A stretch of DNA of 64,000 bases from an uncultured Candidatus Saccharibacteria bacterium (GTDB lineage: Bacteria; Patescibacteriota; Dojkabacteria; J137): the NCBI GenBank assembly GCA_964607415.1, contig CAZSKK010000001.1, forward strand, positions 260,190 to 324,189. Direction: 5' to 3'. The notes beneath the pieces were generated by a model. The model was not told the DNA's origin. It saw nothing but the letters and a program-made list of their open reading frames with translations, and searched no databases. This document shows, one piece after another, positions 1 to 9,319 of this stretch. A program made the position numbers and the translations under genes. The stretch's first letter is position 1, and every line of letters starts with the position of its first letter.

Positions 1-456
1 AAAGCAGGACAAGCTATTTTTATACCAGATGGTAACCTTTATAGACCTGATGTAGCTATTCAAGGTATACCTAGAGGTGTTTTTATCAACCCCCTTTCGC
101 ATCCTGACTGTGGCGGATATAGTATTTCTAGGGGTTTTCTTTATTATCATAATGGTGTGGATATGGCTAGATGGCCTGGTTGTCCAATAGAAGCAGTTGC
201 TAATGGTTATGTTTATTTTGCGGGTTGGACAAACGATGGTGGTGGTTATAATGTAAGAATTGATCATGGTGGAGGAATAGTTTCTCACTATTATCATGGT
301 GATGGCACTATTTGGGTAAAAACAGGAGATCGTGTTCAACAAGGGCAACCTCTTTTGATGATGGGATGTACTGGTCTTTGTACTGGAACTCACTTACACT
401 TTAGTCTATTCAAGAATGGTGTTGCGGTAGATCCTTATGGATACGTTCCATATTAG
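1..456 (+). CDS. Peptidase M23 (LytM-type) family protein, C-terminal part; the 5' end is truncated by the window edge
   Basis: The frame is open from nt 1 with no stop, so the real start lies upstream of the window; the listed ORF begins at an internal Met. HNGVD (HxxxD) and HLHF (HxH) motifs are typical of the M23 catalytic domain. Confidence 0.7.
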   Translation, partial: KAGQAIFIPDGNLYRPDVAIQGIPRGVFINPLSHPDCGGYSISRGFLYYHNGVDMARWPGCPIEAVANGYVYFAGWTNDGGGYNVRIDHGGGIVSHYYHGDGTIWVKTGDRVQQGQPLLMMGCTGLCTGTHLHFSLFKNGVAVDPYGYVPY

Positions 457-666
457 TAGTGTAAGTTTAAGAGTTAAGAGTAAACAATAGCAACTTGACA
501 TTTAATCCTCTGATTTTAAATTCTAAATTAGAAATACTGAATTCTAAACAAGTACGAAGCACGAAAAGTAAATTAGAAAGTTTCATAATTATATTTTGTT
601 TAGAGTTTTTGATTTAATGTTTCTAATTTTTCTTAAATCTATATTTGACATTCAATATTCTAAATC

Positions 667-1965
667 ATGCGAAATACCAAAAAAGGTTTATTTTTTTATG
701 CATTTTTTCTTGTTGTAACTACCATACTTTGGTTATTTGCAAAGTATGAGCAAAGAGATTTTCTAACTGTTGAGGTATGGAATAGATATTTAGTACAAAT
801 TCTAGGATTGCTTGGAATCGTTTTTCTTACCCTAAATTTTGTTTTAGCAACCAGGTTAAAGTTTCTTGAAGAAATTTTTGGTGGGCTTGATAAACTTTAT
901 AAATACCACAAAATGTCTGGTAGAATTGGATTCACACTAATTTGGGCGCACCCCTTTTTCCAAATTGTAAAAAATTTTACAAATATAGAAATTATAAAAC
1001 TTTATTTTTTTCCAACAGGGCTTTTAGACTATACTTTGGGAATTTTGGCACTTTACACTTTTACGGTTCTGATTATTTTAACAGTCGTTGTTAAACTGCC
1101 TTATCACGTTTGGAAATACACCCATAAGTTGATGATTGTAGGGTATATTTTGGCTGCGTTTCACATTTATTTAATTAAAAGTGATGTTTCGGATTTTATT
1201 GCTTTAAGAGTATGGATTTTGGGATTAATTACGTTGGGAATTATTTCATACATTTACAAAGAATTTATTTATGTAACTTTTGGTCCGCGTTTTGACTATA
1301 CAGTTGAAAAAGTTAATATTAAAAATCCTATTACAGAAATTTATTTAAGACCCGTGTTAAAAAAAATGAAATTTGTTCCGGGCCAGTTTGCTTTTTTTTC
1401 TTTTCAAAATTCAAGAAAAGTATCGTCTGAATACCATCCGTATTCAATATCCAGTAACCCGAAAGATGAGATCTTAAGGGTTTCAGCTAAATCCCTTGGG
1501 GATCACACCTATACATTAAAGAATCTTGAAACGGGTGTAAAAGTAAGAGTATTAGGTCCTTATGGTAAATTTAGCTCTAATTTTACACATAGCTATGAGA
1601 ATGAAGTCTGGATTGCAGGAGGTATTGGAGTTACTCCTTTCCTTAGCATGTTAAATTCAATTAATGCTGAAAAAAAGATTGTATTTATTTATTCATGCAG
1701 GAATAGTGAGGAAACAGTTTATAAAGATGAAATACTAAAAAAAGTAGCAAACTTAAATAACGTTAAATTTATTTGTCACTATTCTGATTTAGAAGAATAT
1801 CTAACTGTAGAGAAAATAAAGCAACTATTAGACTTTGATATAGGTTTAAAAACCGGTATTTTTATCTGTGGCCCAAGAAAAATGATGAAAACTCTCAGTA
1901 AGCAGTTCAGGGCAGCAGGCGTTAAATCTGATAATATTATATTTGAAGATTTTGCATTAAAATAA
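667..1965 (+). CDS. Ferric-reductase/NADPH-oxidase (NOX)-like flavocytochrome: ferric reductase TM domain + FAD-binding + NAD(P)-binding domains
   Basis: Six N-terminal TM helices carry H-x13-H (HKMSGRIGFTLIWAH) and H-x12-H (HKLMIVGYILAAFH) bis-heme motifs. The C-terminal half has an FNR-like HPYSISS (FAD) motif, GPYG, and a GGIGVTPF NAD(P)-binding glycine-rich motif. The ~430 aa size is like bacterial SpNOX-type proteins. Confidence 0.7.
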   Translation: MRNTKKGLFFYAFFLVVTTILWLFAKYEQRDFLTVEVWNRYLVQILGLLGIVFLTLNFVLATRLKFLEEIFGGLDKLYKYHKMSGRIGFTLIWAHPFFQIVKNFTNIEIIKLYFFPTGLLDYTLGILALYTFTVLIILTVVVKLPYHVWKYTHKLMIVGYILAAFHIYLIKSDVSDFIALRVWILGLITLGIISYIYKEFIYVTFGPRFDYTVEKVNIKNPITEIYLRPVLKKMKFVPGQFAFFSFQNSRKVSSEYHPYSISSNPKDEILRVSAKSLGDHTYTLKNLETGVKVRVLGPYGKFSSNFTHSYENEVWIAGGIGVTPFLSMLNSINAEKKIVFIYSCRNSEETVYKDEILKKVANLNNVKFICHYSDLEEYLTVEKIKQLLDFDIGLKTGIFICGPRKMMKTLSKQFRAAGVKSDNIIFEDFALK

Positions 1966-2041
1966 GCTAATTATTTAATTAGTTGGTGGTTAATTTGTAT
2001 AGCCAATTTTATCAACTAATTAACTTTGCACCTATTAACAT

Positions 2042-2932
2042 ATGACCACAATACTTCAGGACTTAATAACAATTTTTCTTGGAATTACGGTTGAAGCATT
2101 CCCATTTTTAATTATAGGAGTGTGTTTTTCCGTTTTTGTTGAATTATTTATAAAAAGTGAGTGGATACTAAAAATAATTCCCAAAAATAGGTTCATATCT
2201 CATCCACTTATAGCTTTAATTGGAGTTTTTATGCCGGTTTGTGAATGTGGTAATGTGCCAGTAGCAAGAAGATTTTTGATGCATAAATTTACAGTTTCAC
2301 AAACAATCACCTTTTTACTTGCTGCGCCAATCATTAATCCAATTACCTTTATTTCAACATTAGAAGCATTTAACTTTGACCGTACAATTGCGCTTTATAG
2401 AGTATTGGCAGCATACATAATTGCGGTTTTACTTGGAATATTGATATCCTTCAAAAAAAATCAGGAAGATTTTTTAACGACAAATATGGTTCATGAAATT
2501 GAAATGTGTGAGCACGACCATTTACATGAGGGCAGATTTGAAAAAGGTTTAGAGGTCTTTAAAGATGAATTTTTTACAACAGCAAAGTTATTAATGATTG
2601 GCGCATTGATTGCCGCAATAACTCAAACTGTACTCCCTAGAAACATTATCGAATCTGTTGGATCTAGCCCTACTTTATCTATCCTTGCAATGTTAATTCT
2701 AGCTTTTATTGTATCTATTTGTTCAAATATTGACGCATTTTTTGCATTGGCCTATGTAAATACTTTTACAACAGGATCACTTTTAACGTTTATGGTTTTT
2801 GGTCCCATGATTGATATGAAAATTTTGACCATGTTAAAAAGTACTTTTAAAACAAAATTATTGATTTATATCACGGTAATAGTGGCTCTTATGAGTACAT
2901 TAACAGGTTTACTATTTAACTATTTTAGTTAA
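2042..2932 (+). CDS. Predicted permease, COG0701/DUF318 (ArsP_1-like) family
   Basis: Polytopic membrane protein with a CECGNVP motif and duplicated halves. Its stop overlaps the start of the next gene (TAATG), a pairing typical of COG0701 with a TIGR03943 partner. Confidence 0.55.
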   Translation: MTTILQDLITIFLGITVEAFPFLIIGVCFSVFVELFIKSEWILKIIPKNRFISHPLIALIGVFMPVCECGNVPVARRFLMHKFTVSQTITFLLAAPIINPITFISTLEAFNFDRTIALYRVLAAYIIAVLLGILISFKKNQEDFLTTNMVHEIEMCEHDHLHEGRFEKGLEVFKDEFFTTAKLLMIGALIAAITQTVLPRNIIESVGSSPTLSILAMLILAFIVSICSNIDAFFALAYVNTFTTGSLLTFMVFGPMIDMKILTMLKSTFKTKLLIYITVIVALMSTLTGLLFNYFS

Positions 2933-3696
2933 TGCCAATGGCAAAGTTTAATACAAAATCTTTTATACAATTTGTAATAATTTTTCTTTTTGGTGTTTAC
3001 ATTAGATATTTAATTATTACTAAAGGCATTGCATTTTATGTTAATCCCAGGTACTTCAACCTGATTGATGCATCAGGCATTGTTGCAGTTTTTGTCGGTT
3101 TACTTGGGATTGTCTTAGAGATAAGCAAAATTAAGGGTGGATTAAAGATTAAAAATTACAAATTAAAAATTGATCGATTAGTTCAATTTACTATTTCTAA
3201 CGCACTTATAGTTATATGCATAATCATAGGCTTTGTATTACCACCAAAGCAACTTTCAACAAGGGCAGCATCAAACAGGACCTCAAACGCTCAGGCAACA
3301 TTTGATGATAACTCAGACAACATAATTAATAGTTTTATGAGATCCTATGATACATACGATATTGCCGACTGGTTAAAATCATTTAATCGTGAACCTGATT
3401 TGACTTTATATGAAAATATTGAAGTTACTGTTAAAGGATTTGTTTTTGAATCCGATGATCTTGCTGAGGATGAGTTCTTGATTGGCAGGTTTGTAATTAG
3501 ATGCTGTGTTGTTGATGCAACTCCAGTTGGATTAGTTGTCAAAATGACAGACTGGAAAACTAAATATAAAGATGGCCAATGGCTTCAAGTTAAGGGTAAT
3601 TTTAAGATTTTTAACAATAATGATTCTAATAAGCTTTACATCGAACCAGTAGAGATTAATTTAATTGAGACACCCGATAATCCTTACATTTACTAA
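2932..3696 (+). CDS. TIGR03943/DUF1980 family protein (partner of the COG0701 permease)
   Basis: Two N-terminal TM helices plus a C-terminal soluble domain with an RCCVVDA motif. It is translationally coupled to the upstream permease. Confidence 0.55.
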   Translation: MPMAKFNTKSFIQFVIIFLFGVYIRYLIITKGIAFYVNPRYFNLIDASGIVAVFVGLLGIVLEISKIKGGLKIKNYKLKIDRLVQFTISNALIVICIIIGFVLPPKQLSTRAASNRTSNAQATFDDNSDNIINSFMRSYDTYDIADWLKSFNREPDLTLYENIEVTVKGFVFESDDLAEDEFLIGRFVIRCCVVDATPVGLVVKMTDWKTKYKDGQWLQVKGNFKIFNNNDSNKLYIEPVEINLIETPDNPYIY

Positions 3697-3700
3697 ATAT

Positions 3701-5110
3701 ATGAACATTGATTTTAATAAAATATCGATAATTTTTGCAGTAATTTTAAGTCTTTTGGTGGGCATCTTATCATGGATGCTTGAATTTTCACCTCCCAAAA
3801 TCAATAATATTCAGTTGGAAGGCAAATCTGATCAAGCAAATTTCATAAATCAAAAAATAATTATTGAATTTAACACGCCGATGAATTCTGAAAGTGTGGC
3901 TGCGAACCTTTCTATTACTCCATCGACAGAATTTGAATTGTTTTGGTCACAAACAAGTCTAAATGTATCTTTTAAAAAAGTGTTAAGTGCTTCTACAAAA
4001 TACTCCTTAAAAATATCAAAAGATGCAAAAGATATTTACAACGACAAAATCGACAAAGATTTTACCTTTGACTTCACTACAAAAGACGATTTATTGGCAT
4101 ATATTGAAAGATCTGATGATTCAACAGTTAAAAATTCAAAAATTATTCTTACAGACACTCAATTCTCTTTTAAAAATCAGTTATTTACTGGTGCCGATAT
4201 AGATTTTTTCGAATTAAATAGTGACTATCTAGTAGTTGTACAAAACCCCACCAATTCATATTCAACCTTAACTTTAAAAAATCTAAATACATTAACGGAA
4301 GAAAAAATTGAAATCGGCCAATCCAGAATTACTTTTTTAGACTTATCTCCTACTGAAAATAAATTTATTTACATAATTCAAAATGTATTTATTCAAAATA
4401 AAACTGTAATACCCAAACTTGCAAGCGAGATATTTTTGTTTGATGCATCAAATAAAAAATCCCAAAAGATAGATAATCCAGAAACTGCGGCAGATGTTTT
4501 GCAAGCATTTTTCTCACCAGATGGTAAAGGCTTGGTTATAAAAGGTTCAGATTCTGGTTATTTTTTTCAAAGTCTTATGGACAATACAGCACTAGATTTG
4601 GGAAAACATTTAGATGTAAGAGGATTTAATAGTCAAAAAAATAAGATTATGTTTATTGATGCCCCTTTTCAATCTGCCTCAGCTGCCTTTCCTTCAATAT
4701 CGACAGTTGATGGGAAAGGAACTATAGAAAATGTTACTGATGGGACAAACTATGCTATTGACCCGCAGTTCTTTTATTCTTCAGAAAAAATTGTTTTTAG
4801 TGAAAAAGTTCAAGAATTAGAAGGTACGAAGGGATTATTTGCCATAAAAACTTACGATTTGCCAACAGATGAAAAGAAAGATATTTATTTTAACAGCCAA
4901 TATAGTAGCGAGCTACCCACTCTAAGTTATGATGACAAATATGTAATTTTTGAAAAATACTCTCAAAAAGATCTTTCGTCCTTTGAGGGTTTAAGGAACT
5001 TTAGCTTTCAAAGTAAACCGTATAATGCAAACCTTGTTATCATAGATCTAACAACACTGGAGGTTATTGATAAAGGCATTAGAGGCGTGAATGCAGTTTG
5101 GGTGAGATAA
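3701..5110 (+). CDS. Hypothetical membrane-anchored/secreted protein
   Basis: Long ORF with an N-terminal hydrophobic anchor (IIFAVILSLLVGIL). The ATG at 3701 is preferred over the TTG at 3665, which would overlap the upstream gene. Confidence 0.5.
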   Translation: MNIDFNKISIIFAVILSLLVGILSWMLEFSPPKINNIQLEGKSDQANFINQKIIIEFNTPMNSESVAANLSITPSTEFELFWSQTSLNVSFKKVLSASTKYSLKISKDAKDIYNDKIDKDFTFDFTTKDDLLAYIERSDDSTVKNSKIILTDTQFSFKNQLFTGADIDFFELNSDYLVVVQNPTNSYSTLTLKNLNTLTEEKIEIGQSRITFLDLSPTENKFIYIIQNVFIQNKTVIPKLASEIFLFDASNKKSQKIDNPETAADVLQAFFSPDGKGLVIKGSDSGYFFQSLMDNTALDLGKHLDVRGFNSQKNKIMFIDAPFQSASAAFPSISTVDGKGTIENVTDGTNYAIDPQFFYSSEKIVFSEKVQELEGTKGLFAIKTYDLPTDEKKDIYFNSQYSSELPTLSYDDKYVIFEKYSQKDLSSFEGLRNFSFQSKPYNANLVIIDLTTLEVIDKGIRGVNAVWVR

Positions 5111-5201
5111 ATTAGTTCAAGTGCAAGTTCAAGTAATTTATTATTCTCAACAGCATAATATTTTGTTCGTGCCTACCTTAAACTTGAACTATTGCTAATT
5201 C

Positions 5202-5272
5202 TTGCCGGACAGGGACTCGAACCCCGATTAACTGCTCCAGAGGCAGTCGTCCTACCATTAGACGATCCGGCA
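5202..5272 (-). tRNA. tRNA-Gln (anticodon CUG)
   Basis: Reverse complement folds as a cloverleaf: acceptor TGCCGGA/TCCGGCA (U1-A72, typical of bacterial tRNA-Gln), anticodon stem ACTGC/GCAGT, loop CTCTGGA, T-arm CGGGG-TTCGAGT-CCCTG. No CCA is encoded. Confidence 0.8.
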
Positions 5273-5498
5273 TTTTATGTTTTAATGAGCGGTAGCGAAG
5301 CAAAAATATTTAAATTTATGCCGACCCGAACTTGTCTGGGGACCCTAACTAAAAATAAATTATTTCCGAAATACTTTTTGTGTCCTACTCCCTATATTCA
5401 TCGGGACTTTCGAAAATTACGAGTTTTGCTACGCTTTGCAATTAGTCATTAGATTTTAATGATTCGTCATTCAGTCGATTTTTTGGTTTTATCTGGTC

Positions 5499-5527
5499 AA
5501 TTCCTCGATTTGCCTCGGAATGACACA
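5499..5527 (-). repeat. Copy D of the dispersed 28-bp repeat (TGTCATTCCGAGGcAAATCGAGGAAT), minus orientation, near tRNA-Gln
   Basis: Near-identical to copies at 46018, 46420 and 47297; a partial second copy (cgtcattcagtcga) lies at 5464-5479. Confidence 0.7.
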
Positions 5528-5637
5528 AACAAGCTCAATAATCGACTGCTGGATTATACCAGAATAGTAATTTTTAAATAAACTCAATTTTTAAATTCTT
5601 TGAAATTATGTATTTGCATATTCGCACATTTCCAAAT

Positions 5638-6471
5638 TCAGTTTATTCCATAAGCAATACTTACAATTACAAGAAGTATCAATACATACTCACCGGCTAA
5701 TGAAGGAGTCAGAGTTTTGTGAATTACATGGTGAATTCCTGCAATAAAGATGTAAAAACAAACTGTTAGAATTAAAGTGGTTTCCAGCTGATTTAGCTCA
5801 CTTATTTTATTTAAAGCCACAAACAGTAAACCAATTATTAGTGCAGATAATAAAGAGGGAAGTAAAACTTTAAATCTTAAATGTTCCAGTTTCCATAAAA
5901 TTAGTGAATTTAGAAGTGCTGAAGCTACAAATGTATAAAGGCTTGAAGCTATTAAAAGATTATTATTTTCATTTGCCAAATTTACGAATACATTAATTGC
6001 AGTAAAAAAAATTAGAAATTTTATAATGTCATAAACATAATGTGTGTTACTCTCAGCTTTTTTTCGGTCTTCAAAATATGCTCTAATATTTGTAAATAGA
6101 ACAAAAAAACATAGAAAGGTTACCGTTAATATTGGCAAAAGAATCCCGTTCTTAAAGTTGTAATATCCAAAGCCAACCAGTGAAATATATAACGCTATTG
6201 GTAAAAACAGTTTGTTAACCGTAAATAAAAGATCTCTTTCTGCTTCTTTTATATCAAGAGCTTTGTAAGATTTTATTTGATTTGTTTGCCAAGTTACAAA
6301 AATTTCAATTATAAAAAACAAGAAGATTATTCCAGTAAACGTAATAAAATTACTTTGATTATTGTATTCGTGAAGTTCTTGAAGCGATATATAAATTCCA
6401 ATTGTTAAAGAAAGAGAGTAAAAAAAGGTCCATAAATTTTTTGCAACAAAATTTCTTAAAAAACTTAACAT
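5638..6471 (-). CDS. Hypothetical polytopic membrane protein
   Basis: ORF encoding about 7-8 hydrophobic helices; no recognisable motifs. Confidence 0.45.
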   Translation of the reverse strand: MLSFLRNFVAKNLWTFFYSLSLTIGIYISLQELHEYNNQSNFITFTGIIFLFFIIEIFVTWQTNQIKSYKALDIKEAERDLLFTVNKLFLPIALYISLVGFGYYNFKNGILLPILTVTFLCFFVLFTNIRAYFEDRKKAESNTHYVYDIIKFLIFFTAINVFVNLANENNNLLIASSLYTFVASALLNSLILWKLEHLRFKVLLPSLLSALIIGLLFVALNKISELNQLETTLILTVCFYIFIAGIHHVIHKTLTPSLAGEYVLILLVIVSIAYGIN

Positions 6472-6541
6472 TTTGGCTTCAAATTAACTTGTTATAAAGG
6501 TATGATATATTTTGTATGGGATAACTTCAAGTAATTTTTTA

Positions 6542-7624
6542 ATGAGCGCAACAAAAATTAGCTTAAAAATTTTAAATTCAAAAGCAATACTATTCATCTT
6601 TGCTATAGCAGTAATTGGGTTTAATTTTACCTTTTCGATTGATAAGATTGATGCTTCAATTGAAAACGAAGATTCAATTACAATAGAAAACTTATTAAAA
6701 CTTCACAACGATGAGAGAGAAAGTAAAGGGTTAAAACCATTAAGGTTAAACGACAAACTTTCTCTTTCTGCTCAAAATAAGGTTAAATCTATGCTTGGAG
6801 TTAATTGTTGGTCACACTATTGCCCAGAAGGAAAATCTCCGTGGAACTATTTTGAAGAATCAGGATATGAATATCAAATTGCTGGCGAAAATTTGGCTGA
6901 AGGTTTTTATGACATTAATGAAATGATGAGAGCCTGGCTTAACAGCGATTCTCACAAAGATAATATTTTAAAATCACAATTTGAAGATGTTGGCTTTGGA
7001 ATTGTAAGTGGAGATTTTCAAGGTAAAAACAATAATATTATTGTAGCAGTTCACTTTGGAACAACTAATAAAAAAGCTGCTATAGACTTAAAAACAGAAA
7101 TATTTATTGATTTTCCAAAAAATAATCAAGTATTTAGTACTGACAATTTCGAGATTAAAGGAAGAGCTATAGGCACTGAAAGTGTTTTTTTGTATTCAAA
7201 CGACACTTTTTTAGATACAGCTAAAGTTTCTGATGGAATTTTTACTTACAATGCTAAGGGATTTGAGGACGGACAATATACAATTTATGCAGAAGCGGTT
7301 CTCACAGATGATTCTAAAAATAAATCTAACTCTATTACTGTAATTGTCCGAAATACTTTAGGAAAAATAGAAGGATTATCTTCCAGTAATCTACCTATAG
7401 TGTCAACCGTATCTCCAGAAACCAAAAATTTACTAAATTTAGTATTTGCATTAGTATTTGCATTAATTTTTCTTATTGATTTCATACTACTAGAGTATAC
7501 TGACATGTTTGGAAGGCGGAAATCATTATCTCATTTTAATTTCTCAATATTTATAATTATAGCTCTTATAATAATAGTTGGTGGATTTGGCGGTCATTTA
7601 ACCGAAACTTCTGCTATTACATAA
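6542..7624 (+). CDS. CAP/SCP/PR-1 domain (YkwD-like) secreted protein with C-terminal membrane anchor
   Basis: N-terminal signal/anchor, then a CAP domain (LHNDERESKGLKPLRLNDKL...WLNSDSHKDNIL...FEDVGFGIV). C-terminal hydrophobic segment. ATG at 6542 preferred over TTG at 6512. Confidence 0.6.
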   Translation: MSATKISLKILNSKAILFIFAIAVIGFNFTFSIDKIDASIENEDSITIENLLKLHNDERESKGLKPLRLNDKLSLSAQNKVKSMLGVNCWSHYCPEGKSPWNYFEESGYEYQIAGENLAEGFYDINEMMRAWLNSDSHKDNILKSQFEDVGFGIVSGDFQGKNNNIIVAVHFGTTNKKAAIDLKTEIFIDFPKNNQVFSTDNFEIKGRAIGTESVFLYSNDTFLDTAKVSDGIFTYNAKGFEDGQYTIYAEAVLTDDSKNKSNSITVIVRNTLGKIEGLSSSNLPIVSTVSPETKNLLNLVFALVFALIFLIDFILLEYTDMFGRRKSLSHFNFSIFIIIALIIIVGGFGGHLTETSAIT

Positions 7625-7648
7625 ATATATAATTTTATTTAACGCCTT

Positions 7649-9160
7649 ATGCTAAAAGTAAAACTAATTTTGCCCTTTTTCGGTGTAAGAAACTTAAATG
7701 TTATAAAACTTTCTAAAAAAAGACCATTAATTGATAATTTGTTTAAATTAAACGTAAGTGTTTCGCAAATTATATTTTTAATATTTTTAGCTGTACTACC
7801 TTTTTCGGTTTTATTTTTTTCAAATGAAACCTACGAAACGGCTGTATTTTATGTTTTTTCAACATTAATAATAGTTCAAATAGGTCTTTTTATTAGCTCT
7901 ATCTTTTTGGGTGGAAAAAAAATGCTAATAGATCCAAAAGGCTTTGCTGTAGTTTTGGTTTTTGCTCTGTTAACAACAACATCAGCCATATCAACTGACC
8001 CACCAACCGTTGCAAACACTTTTGGCATTGATGCAATTAGGGGTATGGCAGGAGTTCTGATTATGATGATGGTTGCACTATTTTATTTAATTAATGTTAA
8101 TGTTACCGATTTTAGATTTTTAAAAAAATCAATTTTAAGCTTTGTTGCAGGTTCGATATTGTTGTCTTACTATTTTTTACTTTCAGGTAAGATAAACTTT
8201 TCAAATAGTATTTTTCTAATGACAGCATTAGTTATTGTATTTGGTACCTCTTTTTATTCTAAACGATTTAGATACATACCAGTTTTAGTTTCAGTATTTC
8301 TTTTGCTATTTTTGTATTTAAACGACATTTTTTCTATAAAACAACAAGGATTTGCAATAAGTCCTATTTTGTTAGTTTTTGCTACAGTTATCAGTTCATC
8401 TACATTATTTTTTACTTTATTAATTAAAAATAGAAACTTTTTTAATAAAAAACTATGGTCTATAGCTGAAACTAGTAATTTAACAATGGAGAGGGCTTTT
8501 CTAAAGTTTACAGATTTAATTGTATTATTGATCCCTGCTATTCTACTTTTATTATTTATTTATTTGGAAGTTGAAAAAGTTCAATTTGAAGATTTTATTT
8601 CAAATGCAGTTGATGATTTTGAAGGCGCGTGGAATGCAATAAGCTTGGATACGGTTGATTCTACAGTAAGAATAAGGAATATCGTATTTGGAATAGGTGG
8701 GGATTATTCGTTTGCAGGTAGATCTTTGTTGGCAAGTATTCTAACAGTTCAAGGAATCGTAGGGCTTTTTGCATATCTTTTGCTTTGGGTCTATTCTATA
8801 TTCTTATCACTAAAAGTAACTTTGTTGTCTTTTAGAAAAACAAATTATTATAAGCTTATACTTCCTTTTTCTTTTATTATAATATTTGTCCCTGTTTTAA
8901 GTATTTTTACATATTCTGGAATAATATTAATAATTTTGTTCTGGCTTTCACTAGGCATTTTAACTGCAAGTTATTCTATCCTGAAAAGATCAAATAAGCT
9001 TTTTTATAGTGAAAAGTATTGGCAAGTAGAAAATTTAAAATTTAGTAGTAGAGATTTAGGAAAAAACTCAACCCCAGTAAGGATAGTTTTAAGTTTAATT
9101 ACACTTGCAATCACAATTGTTTCAGTATATCTTATGATTAGTACAGTGGGAGAAGTGTAG
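7649..9160 (+). CDS. Hypothetical polytopic membrane protein (possibly O-antigen-ligase/Wzy-like)
   Basis: Over 10 predicted TM helices; family assignment is weak. Confidence 0.4.
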   Translation: MLKVKLILPFFGVRNLNVIKLSKKRPLIDNLFKLNVSVSQIIFLIFLAVLPFSVLFFSNETYETAVFYVFSTLIIVQIGLFISSIFLGGKKMLIDPKGFAVVLVFALLTTTSAISTDPPTVANTFGIDAIRGMAGVLIMMMVALFYLINVNVTDFRFLKKSILSFVAGSILLSYYFLLSGKINFSNSIFLMTALVIVFGTSFYSKRFRYIPVLVSVFLLLFLYLNDIFSIKQQGFAISPILLVFATVISSSTLFFTLLIKNRNFFNKKLWSIAETSNLTMERAFLKFTDLIVLLIPAILLLLFIYLEVEKVQFEDFISNAVDDFEGAWNAISLDTVDSTVRIRNIVFGIGGDYSFAGRSLLASILTVQGIVGLFAYLLLWVYSIFLSLKVTLLSFRKTNYYKLILPFSFIIIFVPVLSIFTYSGIILIILFWLSLGILTASYSILKRSNKLFYSEKYWQVENLKFSSRDLGKNSTPVRIVLSLITLAITIVSVYLMISTVGEV

Positions 9161-9281
9161 CTTAACAGGTTTAGAGGTTGAGAGCTAAAAAGGAAGTCAG
9201 CTCAGATCGAATGATTTTAAATATTTAACGTTAAAACGTTTCAACCTTAAAACTTTGAAACTAAAAATAATTACTTTATCT

Positions 9282-9316
9282 GCTAATAGCTATATGCTAT
9301 AGGCTAATTGCTAATA
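9282..9316. repeat. Heptamer tandem array (GCTAATA GCTATAT GCTATAG GCTAATT GCTAATA) immediately upstream of the Cys-rich protein start
   Basis: Five consecutive 7-bp units matching GCTRWWN, related to the AGCTGAT arrays at 30059 and 45252. Confidence 0.7.
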
Positions 9317-9319
9317 AAA

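Noticed and set aside
5124-5190. Inverted repeat AGTTCAAGT...ACTTGAACT with a ~45-nt spacer downstream of the tRNA-Gln 3' end
   Set aside because: Probably just a tRNA transcript terminator or processing hairpin; the loop is too large to call confidently.
5192-5452. 86-aa ORF on the plus strand
   Set aside because: It overlaps the minus-strand tRNA-Gln and has no coding features; it is a spurious reading of the tRNA region.
5273-5640. RNase P RNA-like motif on the minus strand (GAAAGTCCCGATGAATATAGGGAGTAGG resembles the GGAAAGUCCGGGCUCCAUAGGGCAGG P4 region), adjacent to tRNA-Gln
   Set aside because: The candidate P4 partner strand is only about 80 nt away and pairs poorly; the P10-P12/P15 conserved blocks are absent and the region is far too short for rnpB. 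Treated as chance similarity; a covariance-model scan could confirm.
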